From contig CAZTBA010000002.1 of NCBI GenBank assembly GCA_964611725.1, positions 1-52,987 of the forward strand: a stretch of DNA of 52,987 bases, in the 5' to 3' direction. Source of the stretch: an uncultured bacterium. GTDB taxonomy: Bacteria > Latescibacterota > CAZTBA01. Under the pieces are notes generated by a model. That model was not told where the DNA came from, searched no databases, and saw only the letters and a program-made list of their open reading frames with translations. Of the stretch, positions 23,609 through 33,195 are shown piece by piece. The stretch's first letter is position 1. Each line of letters begins with the position of its first letter. The position numbers and the translations under genes are program-made.

Positions 23609-24010
23609 TCACTTGACTTCAATGGTAGCACCGACTTCCTCAAGTTTGGCCTTTATTTCATCGGCCTCTTCTTTAAGGATACTCTCTTTGACGGGCTTCG
23701 GTGCATTGTCGACCAGTTCCTTCGCTTCCTTGAGACCGAGCCCCGTTATGGCCCTGACTACCTTTATAACCTGGATTTTCTTGTCGCCGATTGAGCTCAG
23801 TATGACATCGAACTCCGTCTTTTCCTCAGCCTCTGGAGCAGCCGCTTCCGCAGCTCCGGCCGCGAGGCCAGGGGCGGCAGCCAAAACCGGTGCCTGAGCC
23901 GAAACTCCGAATTTCTCCTCAAACGACTTCACAAGCTCCGAAAGTTCTAGAACTGTCAGACCTCCAATGAGATCTATGATCTCTTCAACAGTTGGTTTCT
24001 TTTTTGCCAT
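23609..24010 (-). CDS. rplL: 50S ribosomal protein L7/L12
   Basis: [25 protein letters not shown]; start ATG 24010. Confidence 0.98.
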   Translation of the reverse strand: MAKKKPTVEEIIDLIGGLTVLELSELVKSFEEKFGVSAQAPVLAAAPGLAAGAAEAAAPEAEEKTEFDVILSSIGDKKIQVIKVVRAITGLGLKEAKELVDNAPKPVKESILKEEADEIKAKLEEVGATIEVK

Positions 24011-24058
24011 CTCTCCCTCCAAAAGATATTGCTGAAAGGTGATCCCACAGTCACGGGA

Positions 24059-24598
24059 TCACCCGTCCATCCCCTCTTCCTCTTTCCTCTTCTCGGAAAG
24101 AGAATTAAGCGCATAAAGCAGGTTTCTCATGATTCCATTCAGACATTGCAAAAAGCTGTTTAAAGGGGCTCCCATTCCTCCGGAAACCATTGCCAGGAGC
24201 TGCTCCCTTGATGGAAGGTTAGCAAGCCGTACGATATCTTCGGGTCCGATGACCTTGCCATCAATGATACCACTCTTTACCTTCGGCCTCTCCCTCTTTT
24301 TCTTCGCGAATTCGACGATGACCTTAGCCGACGCAATTTCATCTTTATCCGTAAAGGCAAGGCCGACGGTCCCATCGATCAACCCCCCAAAATCCTTCAG
24401 GCCCGCCCTTTCCATAGCCAAAAGGGCAAGTGTATTTTTGACAACCTTGTAGGAGGCCGACATATCCCGCAGCCTGCTCCTCAATTCCGTCATCTCCTCA
24501 ACATTGAGGCCTGTGAAATCGGTCATATATATGACCTTGGATTTTGAGAAGATATCCGTTAATTCCTCTACAACAACTTCTTTCTCAGATCTTTTCAT
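24059..24598 (-). CDS. rplJ: 50S ribosomal protein L10
   Basis: VVKNTL, LPSREQL. Confidence 0.97.
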   Translation of the reverse strand: MKRSEKEVVVEELTDIFSKSKVIYMTDFTGLNVEEMTELRSRLRDMSASYKVVKNTLALLAMERAGLKDFGGLIDGTVGLAFTDKDEIASAKVIVEFAKKKRERPKVKSGIIDGKVIGPEDIVRLANLPSREQLLAMVSGGMGAPLNSFLQCLNGIMRNLLYALNSLSEKRKEEEGMDG

Positions 24599-24629
24599 CC
24601 CCGGACACTCCTATCACCTGCAGGCTCCG

Positions 24630-25340
24630 TTAGAGCTCATCCAAAACCCGCTGTCTGTCAAGACGCACTCCAGGCCCCATAGTTGAGCTCAAGGTCATTG
24701 ACCTTATATAGAGTCCCCTGGCGGCAGGGGGCTTCGCCCGGACAACAGCATCGAGAAAAACCATTAAATTCTCGGTCAAATTCTCCTTCGGGAAGGAAAC
24801 CTTTCCTACCGGGACATGTAGGTTGCCTTCTTTGTCAACCCTGAATTCGACCCTTCCAGCCTTAGCGTCTCCGACGGCCTTCCCAACATCCATGGTTACA
24901 GTGCCGCTCTTCGGATTAGGCATCAGTCCCTTCGGACCAAGTATACGTCCAAGCTTACCGATCTTCCCCATCATATCAGGAGTCGCTATAACAATGTCGA
25001 AATCGAACCACCCACCCCCTATTTTCTCTATCAGGTCGTCTGCCCCCACATAGTCAGCGCCGGACTCCTTGGCCTCCTGTTGTTTCTCCCCTTGCGCGAG
25101 CACCAACACTTTGAGTTCCTTGCCCGTGCCATGCGGAAGTACAACGGTCCCCCTGACCATTTGATCCGCATGCTTGGGATCCACTCCCAGTTTAACTGAG
25201 ATCTCAACAGTTTCATCAAATTTCGCCTTTGGCAGGTTCGCAATAATACCCAAGGCATCATCGAGGCCGTAGCGCTCGCCCCTGTCGAACCCGCCCAAGG
25301 CTTCCCTGTACCTTTTACCTCTGAAAGCCATACTGGCCAA
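24630..25340 (-). CDS. rplA: 50S ribosomal protein L1 (start TTG 25340 or ATG 25331)
   Basis: [24 protein letters not shown]. Confidence 0.98.
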   Translation of the reverse strand: MASMAFRGKRYREALGGFDRGERYGLDDALGIIANLPKAKFDETVEISVKLGVDPKHADQMVRGTVVLPHGTGKELKVLVLAQGEKQQEAKESGADYVGADDLIEKIGGGWFDFDIVIATPDMMGKIGKLGRILGPKGLMPNPKSGTVTMDVGKAVGDAKAGRVEFRVDKEGNLHVPVGKVSFPKENLTENLMVFLDAVVRAKPPAARGLYIRSMTLSSTMGPGVRLDRQRVLDEL

Positions 25341-25349
25341 TCTCCTTTC

Positions 25350-25775
25350 TCAATCTTCTATAACGATTCCCATACTGCGGGCAGTCCCAGCCACCATTCT
25401 CATGGCTGATTCTATATCCTTTGTGTTCAGATCCGGCATCTTTATCTCGGCTATCTCTCTGAGTTGATCACGGGTGACCTTGCCAACCTTTTCCCTGTTG
25501 GGCTCGCTCGAACCCTTTTCAATATTGGCAGCCTTCCTTATGAGTACAGAAGCCGGGGGAGTTTTCGTAATGAAGGTAAAGCTCCTGTCGGCATATATGG
25601 TCATAACCACAGGTATTATCATGCCGGTCTGTGACTGGGTTTTGGCATTGAACTCCTTACAGAATTCTATTATCTGAACCCCATACGGCCCAAGGGCAGG
25701 GCCGACCGGAGGTGCTGGGGTCGCACCTCCAGCTGGGATCTGTAATTTGACGGTTCCTATAATTTTCTTGGCCAT
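25350..25775 (-). CDS. rplK: 50S ribosomal protein L11
   Basis: [17 protein letters not shown]. Confidence 0.99.
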   Translation of the reverse strand: MAKKIIGTVKLQIPAGGATPAPPVGPALGPYGVQIIEFCKEFNAKTQSQTGMIIPVVMTIYADRSFTFITKTPPASVLIRKAANIEKGSSEPNREKVGKVTRDQLREIAEIKMPDLNTKDIESAMRMVAGTARSMGIVIED

Positions 25776-25833
25776 CGTTCACCTCAGAGATTTTTTGTAT
25801 GGACTGAACTTCCACTTCAGGCTCGCAAAGCCT

Positions 25834-26376
25834 TTATTCCTTCGCTTCGATCTTCTCAACTTGGAGCACATCGAGTTCAACAGGGGTCGGCCTCCCAAAG
25901 ATGCTGACCATAACCTTGACCTTGCCTCTCTCAGGCTCCACTTCATCGACAAAGCCAGTGAAATCGCTAAACGGGCCGTCTACCACCTTTACGGTATCAC
26001 CGACGATGAAGGGTACACTCGTGCCTTTATGGGCCTTTGCACCCTCTATCTGACCCAGGACATGCTTTACCTCGTCTTCCTGGAGGGGCTGGGGTTTCTT
26101 ACCCGTCCCGACGAAGCTCGTGACCCCGGGAGCCATCATAACAAGATGCCAGGTCTCCTTGGTCATCTCCATTTCCACAAGTACATAGCTCGGTAGGAAT
26201 TTTCTCTTTGAGACCGTCTTCCTCCCATCCTTCATTTCAATAACATCCTCGACAGGAACGATCACCTCGCCGAACTTATCCTTGAACTTGGAAGAACCTA
26301 TAACGTTCTCAAGATACGTCTTAACCTTGTTCTCGTGTCCCGAATAGGTATGTACAACATACCAGAATTTACTCAT
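25834..26376 (-). CDS. nusG: Transcription elongation factor NusG
   Basis: WYVVHTYSGHE, KOW GDTVKVVDGPF, IFGRPTPVEL. Confidence 0.98.
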   Translation of the reverse strand: MSKFWYVVHTYSGHENKVKTYLENVIGSSKFKDKFGEVIVPVEDVIEMKDGRKTVSKRKFLPSYVLVEMEMTKETWHLVMMAPGVTSFVGTGKKPQPLQEDEVKHVLGQIEGAKAHKGTSVPFIVGDTVKVVDGPFSDFTGFVDEVEPERGKVKVMVSIFGRPTPVELDVLQVEKIEAKE

Positions 26377-26398
26377 ATCACACCAGATTAAAAAGGGC

Positions 26399-26593
26399 TT
26401 ATCTGAATATAACCCTTACTATGTTTGAAAGGGAGAAATCTACGATCGCGACAAAAATGGCAAAAAGGATGGATATAGCTATGACTACCCCGGTGGAGCT
26501 TATAAGCTCATCCCTCGAAGGCCAGCTAACTCTCGACATTTCGATCCTGACTTCCCTCAAGAAAGTTACTAATTTTCTGAACAACTTTCTCAC
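26399..26593 (-). CDS. secE: Preprotein translocase subunit SecE
   Basis: EMSRVSWPSR plus one TM helix; synteny. Confidence 0.95.
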   Translation of the reverse strand: MRKLFRKLVTFLREVRIEMSRVSWPSRDELISSTGVVIAISILFAIFVAIVDFSLSNIVRVIFR

Positions 26594-26607
26594 CTCGACA
26601 GATAAAT

Positions 26608-26683
26608 TGGCAGGCCCGGAGGGATTCGAACCCCCAGCATCCGGATTTGGAGTCCGGCGCTCTACCGTTAGAGCTACGGGCCT
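26608..26683 (-). tRNA. trnW: tRNA-Trp (CCA)
   Basis: 76-nt cloverleaf, loop CT-CCA-AA, encoded CCA end. Confidence 0.96.
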
Positions 26684-26691
26684 ATCAACAG

Positions 26692-26841
26692 TTACCTGGT
26701 TTCCTTATGGATGGTATGTTTCTTGCAGAAAGAACAATATTTCTTCTGCTGTATCCTATCAGGATGAAGCCTTCTATTTTTGGTAGTCGCATAATTGCGC
26801 CGCTTACATTCCTCACACGCAAGGGTAACAAGGTCACGCAT
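26692..26841 (-). CDS. rpmG: 50S ribosomal protein L33, Zn-ribbon type (missing from ORF track)
   Basis: Hand translation [49 protein letters not shown] (49 aa). Confidence 0.97.
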   Translation of the reverse strand: MRDLVTLACEECKRRNYATTKNRRLHPDRIQQKKYCSFCKKHTIHKETR

Positions 26842-26860
26842 CTATACTCCGATCGCTCCT

Positions 26861-28054
26861 CTATTCAACAATATCAGTTACGACACCAGCGCCTACGGTA
26901 TTTCCACCTTCCCTTATGGCAAACCTTAATCCTTCTTCCAGAGCGATAGGTGATATAAGCTCCACAACCATGTTGATATTATCACCGGGCATCACCATCT
27001 CTACTCCCTCAGGAAGACGTATGTCACCTGTCACATCCGTTGTCCTGAAGTAGAACTGTGGCCTGTATCCAGTGAAAAACGGTGTATGCCTTCCCCCCTC
27101 ATCCTTCGTCAATACATACACCTCTGCATTGAACTTCGTATGAGGTGTTATACTGCCTGGCTTCGCTACCACCATCCCCCTGTCCAACTCCTCCTTCTCC
27201 ACTCCTCGCAACAGCAATCCCACATTATCTCCAGCTTGTCCCTCATCCAATATCTTGCGGAACATCTCTACTCCGGTCACCACTGTCTTGCGGATATCAC
27301 TGCGCAAACCTACTATCTCTACCTCATTACCTGTCTTTATTACACCTCGCTCTATCCTGCCTGTGCCTACCGTACCCCTACCGGTTATGCTGAACACATC
27401 CTCCACCGGCATCAAAAATGGCCTGTCTATATCCCTACTCGGTAAAGGTACATAACTGTCCACTGCTTCCAATAACTCCCATATGCACTTCCAGGACTCT
27501 CCATCCTTATCACTGTTTAAAGCCTCTAAAGCACTTCCCCTTATCACTGGTATCTCATCACCAGGAAACTCATACTCACTCAATAACTCCCTTACCTCTA
27601 AATCCACTAACTCCAATAACTCCTCGTCATCTACCATGTCCACCTTGTTCATGAACACTACCAAACTCGGCACATTCACCTGACGCGCCAACAATACATG
27701 CTCTCGCGTCTGGGGCATAGGACCATCCGCAGCACTCACCACCAATATCGCTCCATCCATCTGTGCTGCCCCCGTTATCATGTTCTTTATGTAATCACGA
27801 TGTCCAGGACAGTCCACATGTGCATAATGACGATTCTCCGTCTGATACTCTATATGAGCTAACTGTATCGTTATCCCTCGCATACGCTCCTCTGGCGCCT
27901 TGTCTATGTCCTCAAATGGCATATACTCCGCCATGCCCTTAGACGCCAATGCCTTCGTTATCGCACTGGTTAGCGTGCTCTTGCCGTGATCCACATGACC
28001 TATAGTACCTATGTTTACATGTGGCTTCGTGCGCTCAAACTTCTCCTTTGCCAT
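26861..28054 (-). CDS. tuf: Elongation factor Tu (tRNA-operon copy)
   Basis: Same protein as 11176-12369; follows Thr-Tyr-Gly-Thr tRNAs as in the tufB operon. Confidence 0.99.
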   Translation of the reverse strand: MAKEKFERTKPHVNIGTIGHVDHGKSTLTSAITKALASKGMAEYMPFEDIDKAPEERMRGITIQLAHIEYQTENRHYAHVDCPGHRDYIKNMITGAAQMDGAILVVSAADGPMPQTREHVLLARQVNVPSLVVFMNKVDMVDDEELLELVDLEVRELLSEYEFPGDEIPVIRGSALEALNSDKDGESWKCIWELLEAVDSYVPLPSRDIDRPFLMPVEDVFSITGRGTVGTGRIERGVIKTGNEVEIVGLRSDIRKTVVTGVEMFRKILDEGQAGDNVGLLLRGVEKEELDRGMVVAKPGSITPHTKFNAEVYVLTKDEGGRHTPFFTGYRPQFYFRTTDVTGDIRLPEGVEMVMPGDNINMVVELISPIALEEGLRFAIREGGNTVGAGVVTDIVE

Positions 28055-28091
28055 CGGATCCCCTCCATAAAATAAAGACTAAAATTCAAAA

Positions 28092-28167
28092 TGGAGCCCA
28101 CGACCGGACTTGAACCGGTGACCCCGTCCTTACCAAGGACGTGCTCTACCAACTGAGCTACGTGGGC
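28092..28167 (-). tRNA. trnT: tRNA-Thr (GGT)
   Basis: Loop TT-GGT-AA, T-loop, CCA end. Confidence 0.96.
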
Positions 28168-28181
28168 AACAACTGGAAAGG

Positions 28182-28257
28182 TGGAGCGGGAAGCGGGGCT
28201 CGAACCCGCGACCCTCAGCTTGGAAGGCTGACGCTCTACCAATTGAGCTATTCCCGC
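28182..28257 (-). tRNA. trnG: tRNA-Gly (TCC)
   Basis: Loop CT-TCC-AA, CCA end. Confidence 0.96.
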
Positions 28258-28276
28258 CCGTTCCGTGAGATTCAAC

Positions 28277-28361
28277 TGGTGGGGAGGGGAGGGTTCGAAC
28301 CTCCGAAGGCTGCGCCAACAGATTTACAGTCTGCCCCCTTTGACCGCTCGGGAACCTCCCC
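28277..28361 (-). tRNA. trnY: tRNA-Tyr (GTA)
   Basis: Loop CT-GTA-AA, long variable arm, CCA end. Confidence 0.96.
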
Positions 28362-28369
28362 AGCTTCCC

Positions 28370-28446
28370 TGGAGCCGATGGAGGGATTCGAACCCCCGAC
28401 CCGCTCATTACAAGTGAGCTGCTCTGGCCAACTGAGCTACATCGGC
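28370..28446 (-). tRNA. trnT: tRNA-Thr (TGT)
   Basis: Loop CT-TGT-AA, CCA end. Confidence 0.96.
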
Positions 28447-28469
28447 AGGATTTCAGTCTCAGACTGGGA

Positions 28470-28498
28470 AATATAAACGCATAGCCGGCAAAAGTCAA
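28470..28498 (-). promoter_or_regulatory. Sigma70-type promoter of the tRNA-tuf operon
   Basis: Minus strand TTGACT-N17-TATATT just upstream of tRNA-Thr. Confidence 0.8.
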
Positions 28499-28544
28499 GG
28501 AAAAACTGAACCGATCTTCCATGGTTCCGAAGAAAAAGGAAATT

Positions 28545-29990
28545 TTATTCTTCCAGCCTCCAAACTGTGCCATCTGGTCTGTCCTCCAGAACTATCCCAA
28601 GCTCCAAAAGCCGGTCCCTGATATCGTCGGCCAGTTCCCAATCCCCTTTCTCCCTGAGACGAGACCTCACATCTATCAGTATCCCCAATATCCTTCCAAT
28701 ATCCGCCCCGACTTCGACAGCTCCCATACCTACCTGAAAACCCATAACTTCCAGCAGCTTTGATATTGTCTCTCCGGCAGAGGACAATACTTTCCTTCCG
28801 GAATTGCTCAGGGATGACTGAGAGACGACGTTAGCCTTCCTGGCAAGCTCGAAAACCAGCCCTATAGCCAGTGCGGTATTGAAATCATCATCCATAGCCT
28901 CTTCGAATTTCGGGATGGCTTCCTTAGCCATGCGATATAGCTCAAATTCCTCCGGCAAGAGATCACCTTCATCCATCTGAGTGCCGGGATCAGCTTCTTT
29001 CGAAGCCGCATCTATGTTGAACAGGGCGTTCCTGAACCTCCTTATCGCCCCCTCCGATTCGGCTATCACCTGATCACTGTAATCTATGGGGCTCCTGTAT
29101 TGTTTGGAAAGTACGAAATGTCTGAGCACATCAGGGCTGTGTTTTTCCAGAAATTCTTTGACACTGATTATGTTTCCGAGCGATTTTGACATTTTCTCCC
29201 TGTCGAGCCTCAACATCCCGTTGTGCATCCAAAACTTCGCATACATCCCACCCGAGGCTCCCTCGGATTGTGCTATCTCGTTCTCGTGATGCGGAAATAT
29301 GAGGTCAGCACCTCCGCCGTGCATATCAAAGGGTTGCCCGAGATATTTTACAGACATGGCCGAACATTCGACATGCCATCCGGGCCTGCCCGACCCCTGG
29401 GGGCTATCCCAGCTCGGCTCTCCTGGTTTTGCACCCTTCCAGAGAACAAAATCAAGGGGGTCCCTTTTCCCCTCGCCCGGATCGACCCTGGCACCACTTA
29501 TCATGTCATCGACGCTCCTCTTCGAGAGTTTACCGTAATCCTTGAACGCCCTGACACTGTAAAAGACGCTGTCCCCGGCTTTATAGGCAAGCCCTTTCGA
29601 AATAAGGGATTCTACGAGCTCTATTATATCGCCTACGTGCTCCGTGGCCCTCGGATAATAGTCCGCCTTCCTGAGGCCAAGTTTTGCGGCCTCACCGTGA
29701 AAGGAAGCTATATACTTCTTGGCCAGCTCCAAGTAGTGCACCCCTTCCCGGTTAGCCCTTTCTATTATCTTGTCATCCACGTCGGTAAAGTTATAGACAA
29801 ACTTCACCTTGTAGCCTTTGTACTCGAGGTAGCGCCTTATAGCATCGAAATTTATAGCTGATCTGGCATGCCCTATGTGGAAGTTATCGTAAACTGTAAG
29901 GCCGCACAGATAGATGCGCACTGTATCGTTATCCAAAGGGGTAAAATCTTCCTTCTTTCCGCTTAGCGTGTTGTATACCTTCAAGGGCAT
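28545..29990 (-). CDS. cysS: Cysteine--tRNA ligase
   Basis: HIGH, GRPGWHVEC, FPHHENE, KMSKS. Confidence 0.98.
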   Translation of the reverse strand: MPLKVYNTLSGKKEDFTPLDNDTVRIYLCGLTVYDNFHIGHARSAINFDAIRRYLEYKGYKVKFVYNFTDVDDKIIERANREGVHYLELAKKYIASFHGEAAKLGLRKADYYPRATEHVGDIIELVESLISKGLAYKAGDSVFYSVRAFKDYGKLSKRSVDDMISGARVDPGEGKRDPLDFVLWKGAKPGEPSWDSPQGSGRPGWHVECSAMSVKYLGQPFDMHGGGADLIFPHHENEIAQSEGASGGMYAKFWMHNGMLRLDREKMSKSLGNIISVKEFLEKHSPDVLRHFVLSKQYRSPIDYSDQVIAESEGAIRRFRNALFNIDAASKEADPGTQMDEGDLLPEEFELYRMAKEAIPKFEEAMDDDFNTALAIGLVFELARKANVVSQSSLSNSGRKVLSSAGETISKLLEVMGFQVGMGAVEVGADIGRILGILIDVRSRLREKGDWELADDIRDRLLELGIVLEDRPDGTVWRLEE

Positions 29991-29993
29991 ATC

Positions 29994-30968
29994 CTATCCT
30001 TTCTCCTGGGATCTCTCTAAGGCAATCCTCACGATGCTGTCGGCAAGTTCCGGAAAGTCTATCCCGGACGCCCTCGCAGCTTTCGGGACGAGGCTTGTGC
30101 TCGTCATCCCTGGAAGCGAGTTTACCTCGAGACAGAAGGTCTTTCCGGAGACACCAAGCCTGAAATCAACCCGCGCGTAATCGCGACATCGAAGCACCTT
30201 GAAGGCCATAACCGCCTGTGATTTCGCCTCTTCCCCGATCTCCGGCGGAATTTCAGCGGGGACCACATACTCACTCATACCTTCGGTATATTTGCATTGA
30301 TAATCGTATATGCCATGCTTCGGAATGATCTCCACAACCGGGAGGGGTTTATCACCAAGTATGGCGACCGTGATTTCCCTCCCCTCTATGTACTCCTCTA
30401 TCACAACTTCATCTGAGTAAGAGAAGGCTTCTTTTAGGCCTCTGGCAAGACCATCGCTATCGGCAATTATGCTCACCCCGACGGTCGAACCCTGATCAGC
30501 CGGCTTAACCACACAGGGAAAGCCAAATGGTATTTCGATCTTACGGGATATCGCTACGGGATCAGCTCCATCGGATGTCCCCAACGAGATCCAAGCGGGG
30601 GTTCTAATACCGGAGACGTTAAAGAGCTTTTTCGATATGACCTTATCCATGGCGATAGCGCTCGAAAGAGGTCCGGAACCGGTGTATGGTATGCCTATAT
30701 CCTCAAGTAAAGACTGTATTCCCCCGTTCTCGCCGAACCCTCCGTGAAGGCCCAGGAAAACGACATCGAACTTGAGGATTTCGGAAATTATGTCCGTAAG
30801 GGCCACGTCATCCCCGCCACCCCTCTCCGGGTGCCGAGATATGGACTTTATGTCGAAAGTCTTGACGAAATGCCTGCATTCCCTGAGCGCCCCAGCCAAG
30901 GCCTCACCTGTCCCGAGAGACACCTCCCTCTCCGCGGAGGCTCCCCCCATAAGCACTGCTATCTTCAT
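29994..30968 (-). CDS. ddl: D-alanine--D-alanine ligase
   Basis: GGASAEREVS, LHGGFGENG, EVNSLPG; omega-loop YDYQCKY. Confidence 0.96.
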   Translation of the reverse strand: MKIAVLMGGASAEREVSLGTGEALAGALRECRHFVKTFDIKSISRHPERGGGDDVALTDIISEILKFDVVFLGLHGGFGENGGIQSLLEDIGIPYTGSGPLSSAIAMDKVISKKLFNVSGIRTPAWISLGTSDGADPVAISRKIEIPFGFPCVVKPADQGSTVGVSIIADSDGLARGLKEAFSYSDEVVIEEYIEGREITVAILGDKPLPVVEIIPKHGIYDYQCKYTEGMSEYVVPAEIPPEIGEEAKSQAVMAFKVLRCRDYARVDFRLGVSGKTFCLEVNSLPGMTSTSLVPKAARASGIDFPELADSIVRIALERSQEKG

Positions 30969-31462
30969 ATATCTTCCTCCGATCGGCTGGTGGCCTCCAG
31001 AAGTGCCACGGCCGTAGCAGCAATCCCCTCGCCCCTCCCCGAAAATCCTAAGCCTTCGGTAGTAGTGGCCTTAACGGAAACGGCTTCGGAACCTATCCCC
31101 AGGGCCTCTGCTATGTTGCTGCGCATTTTCGGGACAAAAGGGGATATCTTGGGTCTCTGCGCAATAACGGTACTGTCTATGTTCGATATCCTGAACCCTT
31201 TGGCTACTGACATCCCGGCCACCTTTCTAAGTATCAGTATGCTGGATATCCCTTTAAGCCCGGGATCAGTGTCGGGAAAATGGGACCCTATATCCCCCAT
31301 TGCGGAGGCGCCGAGGATGGCATCGGCTATTGCATGGCAGAGCACATCAGCGTCCGAATGTCCTTCCAAACCCCTTTCAAAGGGTATTTCCACCCCCCCA
31401 AGGACGAGCCTCTGTCCAGACTTCAATCTGTGCACATCACAGCCGTATCCTATCCGAAGCAT
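30965..31462 (-). CDS. ispF: 2-C-methyl-D-erythritol 2,4-cyclodiphosphate synthase
   Basis: DVH, GHSDADV, KATTTEGLG. Confidence 0.98.
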   Translation of the reverse strand: MLRIGYGCDVHRLKSGQRLVLGGVEIPFERGLEGHSDADVLCHAIADAILGASAMGDIGSHFPDTDPGLKGISSILILRKVAGMSVAKGFRISNIDSTVIAQRPKISPFVPKMRSNIAEALGIGSEAVSVKATTTEGLGFSGRGEGIAATAVALLEATSRSEEDI

Positions 31463-31468
31463 ATACTG

Positions 31469-32149
31469 TTATCCCAGCATGAGTTCAGCTATTCTGAGAT
31501 CATCAGGGGTAGTGATCTTGATATTCCTGTATGACCCCACGTATATACGGACCTCAAACCCGATTCTCTCCACAAGCGAGGAATCGTCGGTTGCTGTGAA
31601 GTTGTCCTCAGCAGCATGACGGTAAGCCTCCTTTATAAGGTCGAGACGGAAGACCTGGGGGGTCTGGGCCAGCCAGAGCCTACCCCTGTCGAGGGTTCTC
31701 TCTACAGTCTCACCATCGGAAACCTTAACCGTATCGGAGACCGGGATCGCTGTTACAACAGCGCCACATTCCTCGCAGAGCGATATCGCACCCGAGATAT
31801 CTTCAGAACCTATAAAGGGTCTTACGGCATCGTGTATCACAGCTATGGACGTGTCACATCCGAGCGTCATAAGACCGTTGTATACTGACTCTTGCCTCTC
31901 GCCCCCTCCAGCCACAGCCCTGCGCAACTTTGAGATACCATATTCTTCGGCTATCCCCCTCAGGGAGAACTCTTCATCTCCCCGGGGGATCACAAGGATG
32001 ATATCATCGATGTCAGGGCATCCTTCGAAAGCCTCAAGTGCGTATACCAGAAGGGGTTTCCCTCTGAGTTTGAGGAATTGTTTGCGGATCGGAGAGCCGA
32101 GCCTCCTGCCAGATCCTGCAGCCGGTATAATAGCTGAAACCTTTTCCAT
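31469..32149 (-). CDS. ispD: 2-C-methyl-D-erythritol 4-phosphate cytidylyltransferase
   Basis: AAGSGRR, IHDAVRP, QTPQ, NIKITT. Confidence 0.98.
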   Translation of the reverse strand: MEKVSAIIPAAGSGRRLGSPIRKQFLKLRGKPLLVYALEAFEGCPDIDDIILVIPRGDEEFSLRGIAEEYGISKLRRAVAGGGERQESVYNGLMTLGCDTSIAVIHDAVRPFIGSEDISGAISLCEECGAVVTAIPVSDTVKVSDGETVERTLDRGRLWLAQTPQVFRLDLIKEAYRHAAEDNFTATDDSSLVERIGFEVRIYVGSYRNIKITTPDDLRIAELMLG

Positions 32150-32153
32150 AGCC

Positions 32154-33185
32154 TCAAACTATCAACATCGCATCCCCATAACTGTAGAACCTGTATTTCC
32201 TGGCGATAGCTTCTCTGTATGAAGAAAGGAGAAACCCCCTTCCGGCAAAAGCCGACACCAGCAGCAGGAGAGTTGTACGGGGAAGATGAAAATTGGTCAC
32301 AAGGACATCCACAAACTTAAACCTGTAAGGCGGATATATGAACTTATCGGTCCACCCGGTACCCGGTCTGACAAGCCATTTTCCCTTTCGGCGGTCGTAA
32401 TAGGCAACAGTCTCAAGCGTCCTCACCGACGTGGTCCCTACAGCGATGATCCTCCCTCCCGAAAGCCTTGCCGAATTCATCACCTCAGCAGCTTCGGAGC
32501 TTACTTCATAGTATTCCTTCTCCATAATATGTGATCTGGGATCCTCCGACTTTACAGGCCGGAAAGTACCTGGTCCCACATGGAGGAGGATCGGGGCGAT
32601 ATCTATGCCCTTTTCGGATATCCTTTCGAGCAGTTCTTTCGAAAAATGAAGCCCGGCGGTCGGGGCAGCCACAGCCCCCTCAACTCTGGCGTAAACGGTC
32701 TGATATAGCGCCCTGTCTTCATCTGTATCGGGACGCTTTACATAGGGAGGCAGAGGTACATGACCGTACACCGAAAGGTCGAACCCACTATCAAACCCGA
32801 GCACCCTTTTCCCGCCAGCGGCACGCCTCACAACATCGCATCCGAGGTCCCCGTCGAAGACGATCCTGGTCCCGGGTTGAGCCCTCCGTCCCGGGTTCAC
32901 AAGCGCCTCCCAAAGCCCACCATCGAGCCTTCTGGTGAGGAGCACCTCGACCTTCCCACCCGTCAGATTCTTTCTTCCAAAGATCCTGGCAGGTATAACT
33001 TTGGTCTCGTTTAAAACTAAACAGTCTCCGTCCCTGAGGTACTCAATTATATCCCTGAACTCCCTGTGCTCCATACTACTATCTGCCCTGTGGAGCACCA
33101 GCAGTCTGGACCTGTCACGTTCTTTAAAGGGATGTTGCGCTATAAGCTCAGGAGGAAGATCGTAGTCGTAATCCAGGAGCTTCAT
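32154..33185 (-). CDS. queA: S-adenosylmethionine:tRNA ribosyltransferase-isomerase
   Basis: PLPPY, AAPTAGLHF, TNFHLP, YRFYSYGD. Confidence 0.98.
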   Translation of the reverse strand: MKLLDYDYDLPPELIAQHPFKERDRSRLLVLHRADSSMEHREFRDIIEYLRDGDCLVLNETKVIPARIFGRKNLTGGKVEVLLTRRLDGGLWEALVNPGRRAQPGTRIVFDGDLGCDVVRRAAGGKRVLGFDSGFDLSVYGHVPLPPYVKRPDTDEDRALYQTVYARVEGAVAAPTAGLHFSKELLERISEKGIDIAPILLHVGPGTFRPVKSEDPRSHIMEKEYYEVSSEAAEVMNSARLSGGRIIAVGTTSVRTLETVAYYDRRKGKWLVRPGTGWTDKFIYPPYRFKFVDVLVTNFHLPRTTLLLLVSAFAGRGFLLSSYREAIARKYRFYSYGDAMLIV

Positions 33186-33195
33186 AGGGGTCGCT

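Noticed and set aside
25776-25833. L1-binding site before rplK
   Set aside because: Only a weak CTGAA/TTCAG stem; the consensus internal loop could not be confirmed
11176-28054. tuf repeats as ends of a mobile element or prophage
   Set aside because: The enclosed genes are essential core genes in standard order; no integrase or transposase
28015-28573. ORFs across the tRNA cluster
   Set aside because: Fully explained by four tRNAs and their promoter
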